This document shows, piece after piece, positions 9,124 to 19,800 of a DNA stretch of 64,000 nucleotides (position 1 is the stretch's first letter; each line of letters opens with the position of its first letter). The DNA comes from a virus. The notes beneath the pieces are model-generated. The model was given only the letters and a program-made list of their open reading frames with translations, made no database searches and was not told the DNA's origin. A program made the translations under genes and the position numbers. The stretch is from positions 59,606 through 123,605 of the IMG/VR virus record IMGVR_UViG_3300025000_000064; one strand, written 5' to 3'.

Positions 9124-9435
9124 TTAATCATCATCTTTCTCCCATGCAACTGCAACTTTTATTTTTTTATATTTAATTGGAATGCCAAGAAATCTTTTAT
9201 CAACAATTGTTTTTTCATAATATCTTTGCTCAAAATCTTTGCAATTATTATCTTTATTTCTAAAATTGCATGAATCCATTGTCTTGTCTATTCTTAAAGC
9301 AGAATTTGATACTTTGACAGAATTAGGATGATGACAGTCGGCATCCTCTCCAGTATAAATGTGCCTTTCGTCTCCAATATTAAAACTCTGGATATGCTCA
9401 CAATTCATGCAATATCTTTTTTTATTTTTGTTCAT
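9124..9435 (-). CDS. Small phage hypothetical protein, Cys-containing
   Basis: Member of a run of overlapping, translationally coupled small ORFs; CMNC and CHH/CNF/CKD motifs. Confidence 0.6.
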   Translation of the reverse strand: MNKNKKRYCMNCEHIQSFNIGDERHIYTGEDADCHHPNSVKVSNSALRIDKTMDSCNFRNKDNNCKDFEQRYYEKTIVDKRFLGIPIKYKKIKVAVAWEKDDD

Positions 9436-9644
9436 TTATTATCTCCTATAATCCTTGATTCTGGCATAATATCTGGAATAATATCTCCTTTTTTAAATAA
9501 GTGTCTTACGTCATGACAAGCCAAATCGTCTTCTGAAAATGTTGCCTCTGGATTATAATTGACACTTTTACATGTTTTACATGGACCATCTATAAATGGA
9601 CAATTTGTTAAACGGTATCTGCATTTATGTGATTTGTTATTCAT
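9432..9644 (-). CDS. Small Cys-rich hypothetical protein
   Basis: Overlaps both neighbours; CRY..CPF..CKTC. Confidence 0.55.
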   Translation of the reverse strand: MNNKSHKCRYRLTNCPFIDGPCKTCKSVNYNPEATFSEDDLACHDVRHLFKKGDIIPDIMPESRIIGDNK

Positions 9645-10155
9645 TGATTTCGTCCAATTCTTTTAATAATAATATATTTTCTAACCTTTTGACTTCTTCA
9701 AAATTAGTACAATGTTTTAGTTTGCTATTTTCATCAATGCAATCTTTTACCCAATTAAATCTGGTCAAATCACCTATATCTTGATAATTATTTTGCACAT
9801 GAAAAAGAATGTCTTCATAATTCCTTATCACCTGTTTTTTCCTATTTAACTCTTCTTTTAATTGAACAATATATTTTTTATAGTATATATAGGCATAATC
9901 TTTTAAATTTTCTAAAAATAATTCTCTGCCCTCATGAAATAAATCATTATAATTAGGCAAGGTGTATTCTTCTGCAAGCATAACTGTTATTCTCTTAAAT
10001 AAAGATTCTTTTAACCCAATTTGTGTTATAAATTCCAATAATTTATCATCTTCTAAATTTTCAACAATTGACTCTAGGAAATCAATCAATGGTAATTGTA
10101 ATATATTTTTATCTGTTAATTGTATTTTGCAATTTCCTATTATATTATCTTTCAT
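9637..10155 (-). CDS. Hypothetical protein
   Basis: 172-aa ORF packed tightly in the minus-strand operon. Confidence 0.65.
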   Translation of the reverse strand: MKDNIIGNCKIQLTDKNILQLPLIDFLESIVENLEDDKLLEFITQIGLKESLFKRITVMLAEEYTLPNYNDLFHEGRELFLENLKDYAYIYYKKYIVQLKEELNRKKQVIRNYEDILFHVQNNYQDIGDLTRFNWVKDCIDENSKLKHCTNFEEVKRLENILLLKELDEINE

Positions 10156-10156
10156 A

Positions 10157-10912
10157 TTAAACCTCGATAATTAAATCTTTATTATATTTACTGTCTCCTC
10201 TTTCATATGGGGGAGGATACCCAACCTGGTTAGATATAAAATTTATCCCATGTTTTTTCTTTTTCATTGATTCATGCGTGTGTCCAGAAAACCAATACAA
10301 CGGCTTATTTTTACATGCTTCTATCTCTTTAGATAAATCTACTTCGTAAGCATATTTTAAATCATTATATTCATCTGTCAATATGCCTAAATGATGCGTT
10401 ATGACGATTGATTTGCCATCATATTTATCCAATTCTTTGAATATATATTCTTTTGATTTCTCATGAATATTATTTATAAAATATGGAGTTATTCTCCCAA
10501 TTTCACAATTTATATAATTATAATCATTCATTGATTTCCATGCTCTTTGGATGTCATTTGGATTCATATTGTTGAAATTTGTCCAAAAGCATGAACCTAT
10601 GAATTTAACACCATCAATGATAACAAAATCATCTTCCAAGAAATGATAATGGGAATACAATTGAGATAGTTGTCTCAGTTTAAGAATTGTTGCTTCCATT
10701 GTTGATTTTTCATTATAGAATGTATGATTTCCAGCAACTTCAATGATATGCAGATTGGGATTCATGTCTAATAGATTTAATAGCCATAAAGCATGCTTTA
10801 AGCCTTCTGCTGTATCTCCAGCCAATATCAAAACATCAATATCCTCTAAATCAATATCGAATTTATAATTTCTAAAATCTAAATGCAAATCGGATATTGT
10901 TTTAATTTTCAT
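10157..10912 (-). CDS. Calcineurin-like metallophosphoesterase
   Basis: SDLH, LAGD, AGNH, THH and SGHTH motifs. Confidence 0.9.
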   Translation of the reverse strand: MKIKTISDLHLDFRNYKFDIDLEDIDVLILAGDTAEGLKHALWLLNLLDMNPNLHIIEVAGNHTFYNEKSTMEATILKLRQLSQLYSHYHFLEDDFVIIDGVKFIGSCFWTNFNNMNPNDIQRAWKSMNDYNYINCEIGRITPYFINNIHEKSKEYIFKELDKYDGKSIVITHHLGILTDEYNDLKYAYEVDLSKEIEACKNKPLYWFSGHTHESMKKKKHGINFISNQVGYPPPYERGDSKYNKDLIIEV

Positions 10913-10914
10913 TA

Positions 10915-11280
10915 TTAATCTCCAATCAACGCAATCAAGCAATCTTTTTCAAATTTTAAATCATTAATATCATGTGTATTCAAACTCAGGTTATCATTAT
11001 TTATTTTTAATCTATCTTGAACGGTTTTAATAATTGATAATTGCTCTTCATTTTCTTTCTTAAACTTAGCCTCTCTTATTGATTCGTTAGAGCCGTATTC
11101 TTTAAGTTCATCTTTATCCATATCGCTCAATTTCATGAGCCAAATGTTTCTGGTCATGGATAGCTCAAAATTAGCATTATCTAAACTATTCTTTAGCTCT
11201 GTATTTCTAATCATGCTCTGTCTTATTTCCGCATTTATTGTTTTTGCTTGTTCCATGACTTCTTTTAATCTTTTCTTCAT
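10915..11280 (-). CDS. Coiled-coil hypothetical protein
   Basis: Heptad-like K/E/N-rich ORF with a GGAAG RBS. Confidence 0.6.
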   Translation of the reverse strand: MKKRLKEVMEQAKTINAEIRQSMIRNTELKNSLDNANFELSMTRNIWLMKLSDMDKDELKEYGSNESIREAKFKKENEEQLSIIKTVQDRLKINNDNLSLNTHDINDLKFEKDCLIALIGD

Positions 11281-11316
11281 ATTATCTTCCTTCTCATGTA
11301 TAAACATGTAAATATC

Positions 11317-11399
11317 AATTCTCAGTGTAAATCTCTCACGTTGTAGTTCAATAACTTTGTGTTAAATATATTTCGGATACAAACATATCATATTAAATT
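11317..11399 (+). repeat. 83-bp dispersed intergenic repeat, copy C
   Basis: Ungapped hand alignment gives 63/83 identity to copy B (52308-52390) and 58/83 to copy A (39903-39985). Confidence 0.85.
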
Positions 11400-11590
11400 A
11401 ATTACTCTGCTATCTCTACATATTTACTTTTGAATATTCTTAATAGTGTTCCATTTGTTGATTTCATTATCACTTTACCGTCTTCTGTCTCCAAAATAAC
11501 TCCGAAAGTAAACATATTGCTCTCTCTGCAACTTTTAATACATGACTCAAATTCCTTTAAGTCTCTAATTATTATTTTCATTAATACCTC

Positions 11591-12019
11591 CTAAGTCCAT
11601 AGATGATGCAGAAAACAATCAAATAATTGCAACATTGCATATTCTGAATTATTTCCAGTCATTTTTATTGCTTTATACATTATCTTATAATATCCACTAT
11701 GCTTTTCATCATATAATGCTTGCAAGAAATCTTTTATGTCTTTCATTCTGCTATTATAATTATCTACTTCTTCCACAGAAGGACGATTATCTTTCCAATC
11801 AAGTCCAACACAAATATCCATCAGTCTACTAATTTCTTTAGATAATAGAAAAGCATTATAGTCATAAGATGTTTTTATAATTGGATATTTTTTATAATCT
11901 TTGCCAAGATTGTCTTCTAATTTTTCATATTCTTCTTCGGATATATCAGATTTTAATTCCCATTTATCAACCAATTCCGAATAGCTAAATCCTTTAAATT
12001 TAAATTCTTTTTTATTCAT
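11591..12019 (-). CDS. Hypothetical protein
   Basis: ORF with a GGAG RBS, overlapping the upstream stop. Confidence 0.65.
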   Translation of the reverse strand: MNKKEFKFKGFSYSELVDKWELKSDISEEEYEKLEDNLGKDYKKYPIIKTSYDYNAFLLSKEISRLMDICVGLDWKDNRPSVEEVDNYNSRMKDIKDFLQALYDEKHSGYYKIMYKAIKMTGNNSEYAMLQLFDCFLHHLWT

Positions 12020-12593
12020 AATTTTTAGCTCCATCTATACTAAACATTTTCTCACCTGTTTTTGCATTATAAAAATATTTATTATCTCTATATTTTAATT
12101 TATTTATTGCATCATCTAATAATATTGGAGTATAGTTTATTGCATCAACGGATACATCCATACTTCTTCCTTTCGTATATGGCAAAGAGCCATGAACGTG
12201 TCCATAAAAGTGATAAGAACCATGAAAAGCCCTATCCCATGATAACATTGGAAAATGAATTAAAAATACGTAATCGTTATTGTGCATAAACCCTTTATAG
12301 TAATGCCAATTGGCTATATAGTTGGATGATTTTGCCCTTTGTAAGTTTTCTTTAGAGTCATGATTACCCTTTATGACAATCTTTTGACCATTTAATTCGT
12401 TGAATATTTCATATTTTCTATCCCAAAAACAGTCTCCAAGTATATAAACAAGGTCTTCTTTAGAAACAGCATTATTCCAATTTGTTTTTATGAAAGAGTC
12501 ATGTTCTTCGCAATCTTTGAATCGACTTCTCACTCCTCGCAAAATCAGATTATTATGCTTCATGTGTAAATCACTAATTAGAAATATCTTCAT
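12012..12593 (-). CDS. Phage-type calcineurin-like metallophosphoesterase
   Basis: ISDLH, YILGD, KGNHD, HFP and YGHVH motifs. Confidence 0.9.
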   Translation of the reverse strand: MKIFLISDLHMKHNNLILRGVRSRFKDCEEHDSFIKTNWNNAVSKEDLVYILGDCFWDRKYEIFNELNGQKIVIKGNHDSKENLQRAKSSNYIANWHYYKGFMHNNDYVFLIHFPMLSWDRAFHGSYHFYGHVHGSLPYTKGRSMDVSVDAINYTPILLDDAINKLKYRDNKYFYNAKTGEKMFSIDGAKNYE

Positions 12594-12599
12594 TGATAT

Positions 12600-13457
12600 T
12601 TATTCCTTTATATAAAATAAATCTGCTTCATTATTTATATCTAATATAAATTCTTTTGTTTTGCTTATTATATTTTCATATATTTCTTTATGTTGTTTGG
12701 CATCGTTTATTAAATTAGCATCTCTGTCTGGATGATTGCCATGCTTGTTATTTCCGTAATCTATAACATTAAACTGCAATGAGCAATTTCCACATTTCCA
12801 ATATCTCAAATCTATTCCCTTGTATCTATCTCCGAATGTTTTTATTTTAAAATCATCTTCAACTAATCTTTTACCGCAAGAAGGACAAAATAATTCAGTC
12901 TCGTCACAATAATTATACTGTGCAACTTCTGATACAAAGTCAATTAAATCTTTTTTATTATTAATCTCTTCCAGTTCTTTAGATAAATTTTTTATTGTTA
13001 ATAAATCCTTTTCTCTCGCTTCCCCTAACTGTGTTCTATTTATTTTCTCTAACTTATAAATTTTATTATATAAATCATTTTTAGAATCAACATCATTTAC
13101 TTTTTTATATGAAAGCTCAATCAAATTTTTAATACATTGTTCTTTTTGCCATAAAAAATAAGCAAATTCTTTACTAAATACTTCTTTAACAATAAATTCA
13201 TTTGTAGCAAACACTGGAGCTTTACAACAACAGCCATCTTCAACAACGTCTCCAATTGTTTCTATTAAGGCTATTTCGTATTCTCTGTCCTTATATACAG
13301 ATTGTTTCCAATACCACATGCCATCAGTTATAGTCTGATATAACTTAAAGCCCACACCGTATATAGTTGGGTCATCATATAGTTTAACATGTTCTCCCAA
13401 TTCATACTTAATGCCATTATCTATCAGTCCTTTTCTAAATATTTTGTAACCTATCAT
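12600..13457 (-). CDS. Phage hypothetical protein with a Zn-ribbon
   Basis: MIGYKIF N-terminus typical of phage proteins; CPSCG...CGNC. Confidence 0.6.
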   Translation of the reverse strand: MIGYKIFRKGLIDNGIKYELGEHVKLYDDPTIYGVGFKLYQTITDGMWYWKQSVYKDREYEIALIETIGDVVEDGCCCKAPVFATNEFIVKEVFSKEFAYFLWQKEQCIKNLIELSYKKVNDVDSKNDLYNKIYKLEKINRTQLGEAREKDLLTIKNLSKELEEINNKKDLIDFVSEVAQYNYCDETELFCPSCGKRLVEDDFKIKTFGDRYKGIDLRYWKCGNCSLQFNVIDYGNNKHGNHPDRDANLINDAKQHKEIYENIISKTKEFILDINNEADLFYIKE

Positions 13458-13484
13458 TTTATTATCCTTAATTTCTATATAAAT

Positions 13485-13513
13485 ATATTAAACGATAAAA
13501 TAACATCTGTCAA
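13485..13513 (-). promoter_or_regulatory. Sigma70-type promoter
   Basis: TTGACA-17 bp-TAATAT upstream of the ORF starting at 13457. Confidence 0.65.
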
Positions 13514-13519
13514 TATATA

Positions 13520-13546
13520 ATAAAAAGATGTCTTTCGACATCTCTT
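13520..13546 (-). terminator. Intrinsic terminator
   Basis: AGATGTC-GAAA-GACATCT followed by TTTTATT on the minus strand. Confidence 0.85.
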
Positions 13547-13574
13547 ACAAAGGAGCAATTATTTATTATAAACA

Positions 13575-14070
13575 ACCAATAAATAATAAATTATAAAACA
13601 TAGACAAGGTTTATTTTTTACTTGCAAGCTTTCACCATACAGCCATTTACCATTATTCAGACACATACTAGGTTAATTGTACTTTTTAACCCTTAACATA
13701 TGAAGAGATTGGTTACTCTTAGCTTTCACATCCAATATCATATTTTATATAGCCGTTATTTTCAAGCGACATTTGCTACTCGCACTCCGTACATAGTCTT
13801 TCGTATCTGATATTAACCAGATACCAATCGCAGTTTATCACGTTTCTTTGTTCAAATGTATCCTCACTTCACTAAGGTAACATAAAAATTCAGATAGCTT
13901 ACACAAGACTTACAGATTCCTTATGGTTTTATAGTTACTTACAGTTATTAACAATTCGTCTTTGACAAAACTATGAAGGGCATTCCAACCCTCTTATTAA
14001 TACACTTTTGAGAACTTGGCATTCTCTTCAGTCACTATATTTTACAATTTATTATTTAATTATCATGGTT
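13575..14070 (-). ncRNA. Large (about 480-500 nt) structured non-coding RNA, class unknown
   Basis: No ORF; 23-bp terminal helix (14035-14057 with 13581-13603) whose two mismatches are G-U pairs only on the minus strand; many hairpins; dedicated promoter and terminator. Confidence 0.8.
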
Positions 14071-14083
14071 CGATTATATTTTT

Positions 14084-14112
14084 ATTATGTATTATAACAT
14101 CTTACTTGTCAA
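14084..14112 (-). promoter_or_regulatory. Sigma70-type promoter for the large ncRNA
   Basis: TTGACA-17 bp-CATAAT. Confidence 0.75.
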
Positions 14113-14151
14113 GTAGTGAATTATTTTTTTAATTATCGCATTTGTTATTGA

Positions 14152-14484
14152 CTATAATTTATATATGTTTTCTTTGTTTAATGCGCTTTTATACACAGAT
14201 ATAATTTCTCTAAACCCACTGCATGTGAATTCTAAAGACTCGCTATATACAATATTGTTAACACACATTCCAACTATTGATAAACAGTCAAAATTATCTG
14301 GGTCTATAAGCTTTACCCTAATGTCTATTAATGGGCTAATATAACTGAAGCAACTTTCCCTTTCGGATATTTTTATATTAGCAAATTTAGTAAGTAAATA
14401 TTTTAATAAAAAATATATATATCCATCTTGGTTTTTGTCTATCAGAACACATAAAGAAAACCTATTGTTTTTCATAATAATCAT
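14152..14484 (-). CDS. Hypothetical protein
   Basis: 110-aa ORF in the operon. Confidence 0.55.
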   Translation of the reverse strand: MIIMKNNRFSLCVLIDKNQDGYIYFLLKYLLTKFANIKISERESCFSYISPLIDIRVKLIDPDNFDCLSIVGMCVNNIVYSESLEFTCSGFREIISVYKSALNKENIYKL

Positions 14485-14634
14485 TTATCTCTTTTTTTAT
14501 TGCTTCGACCAATTTTAAGCCATTCTCTTGGCAAGTCATATTCTGGTTATGAAAGGGCATTGTGTCCCTAAAGAGAGCAACATATAATCCTGATAATTTT
14601 GATGACAATTTATATATTCTAGATTCTTTTTTCA

Positions 14635-15213
14635 TTAATACTCCACACCTCGCCTACTTTTTACTCCGATATCTATATAATGCTTTATAGGGTTCATTCC
14701 TGTTATCAGATGGGCAACTTCAAATAATTTTTCTCTTATCTCTGGTCTACCTATTCTTCCAGTCATTACCACTTCTAACCTTTTTGGTTTATTTTTTAGA
14801 AAATCTAAAACTTGGTCAATGTGTATTGTGTCCAAATCTAAAGCTATGTTTATTTCATCTAATACTATCATGTCATACTCTTTGGCATTATGTATGATGT
14901 AGAACCATCCCTTTTGTGCCTCCAATTTGTCTTCGTCTGTTAAGTTGGCTTTATATACAACTTTATCAAATCCACAATTTTTATATTTTAAATTTTTTCT
15001 TATATTGTCCTTTAATGAATTTAAAGCGTTATATTCTCCGTACTTGCACCTATCTCCTCCTTTGCAGAACTGCATGATAAGAACTTTCCACCCAGAACCT
15101 AAAGCCCTTAAAGCCAAACCCATAGATGCAGTAGTCTTTCCCTTCCCTTCTGATGTGTATATTTGTATATATCCAGTTTTTCTAAACTTTGGATTTTGCA
15201 ATTCTTCTGTCAT
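14635..15213 (-). CDS. cobO: Cob(I)yrinic acid a,c-diamide adenosyltransferase (CobO/BtuR family)
   Basis: IQIYTSEGKGKTTASMGLALRA, QFCKG, YDMIVLDE, EVVMTGR and KH...G...RRGVEY. Confidence 0.92.
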   Translation of the reverse strand: MTEELQNPKFRKTGYIQIYTSEGKGKTTASMGLALRALGSGWKVLIMQFCKGGDRCKYGEYNALNSLKDNIRKNLKYKNCGFDKVVYKANLTDEDKLEAQKGWFYIIHNAKEYDMIVLDEINIALDLDTIHIDQVLDFLKNKPKRLEVVMTGRIGRPEIREKLFEVAHLITGMNPIKHYIDIGVKSRRGVEY

Positions 15214-15570
15214 TTATTTCACTATTGGTTTTAAACTAGCATCTAAACTGTTTCTCAATAATCCCTCAAATATTCTTAGTGTTTTCATATTTTGTTTTAA
15301 ATCAGGATTTATCTTTTTAAACAATCTGCTTGTATAAGAAGGAGAACATTCATTGCAAATATAAGTTTCGTCTTTTGATTTTTTATGAAATTTTATTAGC
15401 TTTGTTGTGTTTGAACATATGTTGCATTTAATAAGTTTCTTTGTGTAATCTTTGCATTTATCAATCTGCTTTAATCTTTGCAATTCTAAAACATTGATTT
15501 CTTTAGGTTTTTCTATTTTATAAGCGGAACTTACTTCGCTTTTAACTTCACTATTTTCATCTGTTAGCAT
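15214..15570 (-). CDS. Zn-ribbon hypothetical protein
   Basis: CNIC...CNEC. Confidence 0.55.
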   Translation of the reverse strand: MLTDENSEVKSEVSSAYKIEKPKEINVLELQRLKQIDKCKDYTKKLIKCNICSNTTKLIKFHKKSKDETYICNECSPSYTSRLFKKINPDLKQNMKTLRIFEGLLRNSLDASLKPIVK

Positions 15571-15738
15571 ATATTTTCTCCATTACAGAACTATATCTTT
15601 CGTACCATAGATTAGATATAAATTTATGATGCTCTATCATCTTATCTTTATAATAAATCTTTTGTTCTAAATCTATTCTTTTATTTAATTCATAAAAATA
15701 ACCTATTATAAATATAAATAAAAATACATATGTCATGA

Positions 15739-16080
15739 TTAATCCCTTTTATTGTCCAGTCTTTCTTTTAAGATGATTCCCAAAATTGATAAAGATGTCA
15801 ATATAGAATCAATCTCTTCTTTGTCTTTATTGTCATAGATAACTTTATAACCTACAATTATCTTATTTGCTAATTGAGAATCAGTTTCTTTTTCTAATTC
15901 TTTTTTCATAGCCATTGCTTTATTGTATAGCTCAATACCTACATTTTTTAATTCATTAATATCATTATTTTCTGTCATTACTTGTTCCTTTATTAAAACA
16001 ATCACACTTAACAGCAAGTCCAGTTTCATATAACTTTGTGCCGTCTTTATCGCAAATGGGTTTTGCTTTATTTGTTTCAT
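15739..16080 (-). CDS. Hypothetical protein
   Basis: 113-aa ORF. Confidence 0.55.
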   Translation of the reverse strand: MKQIKQNPFAIKTAQSYMKLDLLLSVIVLIKEQVMTENNDINELKNVGIELYNKAMAMKKELEKETDSQLANKIIVGYKVIYDNKDKEEIDSILTSLSILGIILKERLDNKRD

Positions 16081-16130
16081 TAATATTTAAACAACTTGGA
16101 CATTTTTTCTCTTTTCCGCAAAGTCTATCA

Positions 16131-16826
16131 TTAATCATCATATGCCTCCATTTCTTTTTTAATTTTATCTAAGATTTTATCTCTTTTTGAATAAATAGCT
16201 TTCTTTGAAATATTTAATTTTGAAACCAAATCATCAATAGATAGTCTTTTGTTATTGAACAATCCATAATAATCTATCAAAAATTCTTTATCAAAAACAT
16301 TTATGTTGGACAAATCAAATATTTTTATTATATCTAAATTAATATCTACATCGGAAAATGATTTGTCATTATATAATGTTGTAGCCCCTTTTGTTACAAT
16401 TGACTTTTTATTTTTCTTATTCTCCTCATTTTCACGCACAAGATAATTCTTATTGTTATCAAATTTATCTCTTACTTCTCCAACGAGCAAGTTATTATTA
16501 TAGAATTTATCTTCCGCTAAAAAAAATCTTGTTGAATAATAATTTATATTATTTTTTAAATATGTTGAGAATTTCATTTTTTTGGAATATTTAAAGTTCT
16601 CAACACTTTTCATAAAGGTTATCATACAATGAGATTGAACATCTTCAAAATCTATAAGATTGTTTTTGTTTTTGCAAATAACGTTAGCCTCTTTGTTTAT
16701 TAAACCAATCACCTTGTAAAGTATTTTGTTTAAGGTTTCCTTGTCTTTTTTCTCTTGATATAGCAAAACTAAATCTTCTGTGTCTTCTCTGACATCTTTA
16801 AACTTACTAACTATGTTGTTATACAT
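16131..16826 (-). CDS. Phage-encoded sigma70-family factor
   Basis: Region 2-like FEDVQSHC...SVENF...KFSTYL and region 4-like YYGL...LSIDDLVSKLNISKKAI...KILDKIK. Confidence 0.75.
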   Translation of the reverse strand: MYNNIVSKFKDVREDTEDLVLLYQEKKDKETLNKILYKVIGLINKEANVICKNKNNLIDFEDVQSHCMITFMKSVENFKYSKKMKFSTYLKNNINYYSTRFFLAEDKFYNNNLLVGEVRDKFDNNKNYLVRENEENKKNKKSIVTKGATTLYNDKSFSDVDINLDIIKIFDLSNINVFDKEFLIDYYGLFNNKRLSIDDLVSKLNISKKAIYSKRDKILDKIKKEMEAYDD

Positions 16827-19800
16827 GTCTTCTCAATTCCCGCATAATACATTTCTTTATTAACATATTTCTTATCATCAACCCAACAGGTTGACTGCAT
16901 TATTTTAGTTTTGCCATCTTTCTTTCTTTTTAAAGCAGTGATATATTTTATTTCCTTGTTATTATTGTAGCATTCGTTACTGCAATTTGTCAAGATGTTT
17001 GATAATTTTTTAACATCTGTATTATCATCAATATCGAAATATATTATTTCTGGGTCATTTATAAAGGACAATATGGATATATTTTCTCCAGCATAATCAT
17101 AATTACCAAAGTTTTTATTATAAGCATCCAATACCTTTAGCTTTATAATGCATAATTTATTTTTATTTACCTTTCTTCCATTTATTTTTTCCCACATCCA
17201 AGGTGCAAATTTAACAGTTATTGACTCTCCTAAAAATTCTATTTCGACTCTAGCAGCTCCTTTTTCTGTAACATCTTTACTTCTTATCAACCCTATAACA
17301 TTAATATATTGTTCATTATTTTTATATTGCTCTGCAATATCATCATTCTTTAAATCTGCAATTGGAACTGTGTCAAAATATTTTTCATATGTAGAAAATA
17401 ATATCATTGGATTATTTGAAACAGAGAATCCCAATAGTTCTTCTTCAAAATCTTTATATTCTTCAGAAGTAAAATCTTCACCATAATCGTTATTCAGGGT
17501 TAAAGAATTAAGTTCCTCTTTTATTATTCCTTCCAATTCCAATTTAAGATTAGCTTTTTTTTCTTTGTCTTCTTTCTTTGTGCTTTTTATTTCTTTTACC
17601 CTTGCTTCTATTTCTTTATATTCTTCTAATGATTTAGCTTTAGATATTGCTATTGTTTCCAACACAGCATCTTTTAATGTTGTTTTACCTTCTTTGTATC
17701 TCGATAAAGTTTTAGCCTTTTGAATGAACTCCACATAGCTTAATAGCATTTTAGAATTAGATTCAATTGATTTAAGAGAACCTGTTTTTATTAAACCTTC
17801 TAATGCGGTCTTATTAACAGAAGAACACCTTTCTATCAAGTCCCAAAAACTTTTATATTCTCCATTGTTTTTTCTCTCTTCTAAAAGCTTATTCAAAGCA
17901 CTCTCTCCAATGCCTTTAATTGCAGCCAACCCAAATACAATATTATTATCATTATTTATTTCAAATAAATTCGTAGATACATTAATATCTGGTGGCAATA
18001 CTTTTAAACCAATTCTAAAGCTTTCCGATATATATTGTTTTATCTTATCAGAACTTCCAATTTCATGATTCAATAAACATCTCATATATTCAACTGAATG
18101 ATTAGCTTTTAAATATGCTGTTCTGTAAGCCAAGATAGCATAAGCAAGACTATGAGATTTATTAAAAGCATATTGTCCGAATCCTTCAATATTATTATAT
18201 AAGCCTATTGCAAAACTCTCATCAATATTGTTGTTTATGCAACCATCAACAAATATTTTTCTATGCTCGTCAATAATTTCTTTCTTCTTTTTGCCGATAC
18301 CTTTTCTTAATTCATCAGCTTGAGACATTGTGTACCCCGCAAGCACTACTGCTAAACGCATTACTTGTTCTTGATAAATCATAGTTCCATATGTATCAGA
18401 CAATACATCTTCTATTTGAGGGTATCTATATTTTATGTTTTCTGAATTATGTTTATTGTTAATATAGTCCTCAATTGCTCCACACTGAATAGGACCAGGT
18501 CGATATAATGCTATAACAGCGTCTAAATGCTTTAATTCTGAAGGATTAAGAGATTTAAGTAACCCTTGCATTCCATTGCTTTCTAATTGAAACACGCCAG
18601 AAGAAAATCCCTGAGATAACATATTATACGTTTTTTTATCATCATATTCTATGTTGTCAAAACTTACTTCTGTTTCTTGTCTTGCTTTTATTAAATCAGT
18701 TGTATTTTTTATAATTGTCAAGTTTTTTAAGCCCAATATATCATATTTTACCAATCCAACTTTCTCAGCATTATCCATAGAATAAGCAGTTGCTATTGTT
18801 CCCTCTTTTGTTCTAACCAAAGGGCAAATATCTGAAATATCTCTATCTGAAATCATATATCCACTAGCATGACAGCCTGAGTTTTGTATTCTTCCTTCTA
18901 TTTTTTTAGCCATATCTATTATGTTTGCTATTTCTTCATCGTTGTCATATAGTATCTTGAAAGCAGGACTATCCTCTAATTCACTATCTATTGTAGAATC
19001 TGGCTTGCCACTCATAGCCTTTGTTATTTCATTGGCTTTCTTAAAATCTAAACCATAAGTGCTTGCAACTGATTTGACAGCAGCTTTAGCCTTTAATTCT
19101 CCAAAGGTAATGATTCCAGCAACAGAATATTTTCCATATTTTTCTTTTAAATATTCTATTATTTCTCCTCTTCTTTCAATACATATATCTGAGTCGATGT
19201 CTGGAATGCCTATCCTGTCTGGGTTTAAGAACCTTTCAAATGGCAAATTATATTTTATAGGGTCAATTTCTGTGATTCCTAATAAGTAACAAACAATACT
19301 TGCACCAGCAGAACCTCTCCCTGGACCAGTTGGAATTCCTTGTTTTCTTGCCCAATTTGTGTAATCTTGAACTATCAAAAAATATCCCTCAAAATTCATT
19401 TGAGAAATAATAGATATTTCATAATTTATTCTACTAAAAACTTCTGTACTTATATTTGTTTTATAGATTCTTTTTATGCCTTTTAATATTTCATTTTTAA
19501 ATATTTCTTTTTCATTGTCTGCAAATTTAGGCATGATTGGTTTTCCAATTTCCAATTCTAAATTGCATTTATCAATTATTTCATAAGTATTATCTATACA
19601 ATTATCTATGAAGTCTTGACCGTATTCTTTATGAGATTCACATATTTCTTCATAACTTTTATAATAGAATTCATTGTTTGAGAATTTAAACCTTTTCTCG
19701 TCAGTTAATTTAGCATTTGTGTTTTTGCATAATAATACATCATGAGTGACAGAATCCTCTTTATTTAAATAATGCACATCGTTTGCGATTATATTTTTAA

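Noticed and set aside
8805-9155. ORF as listed from 9155
   Set aside because: The N-terminal part overlaps the upstream gene and the 3' end runs into the promoter. A shorter membrane peptide may exist, but the start cannot be supported.
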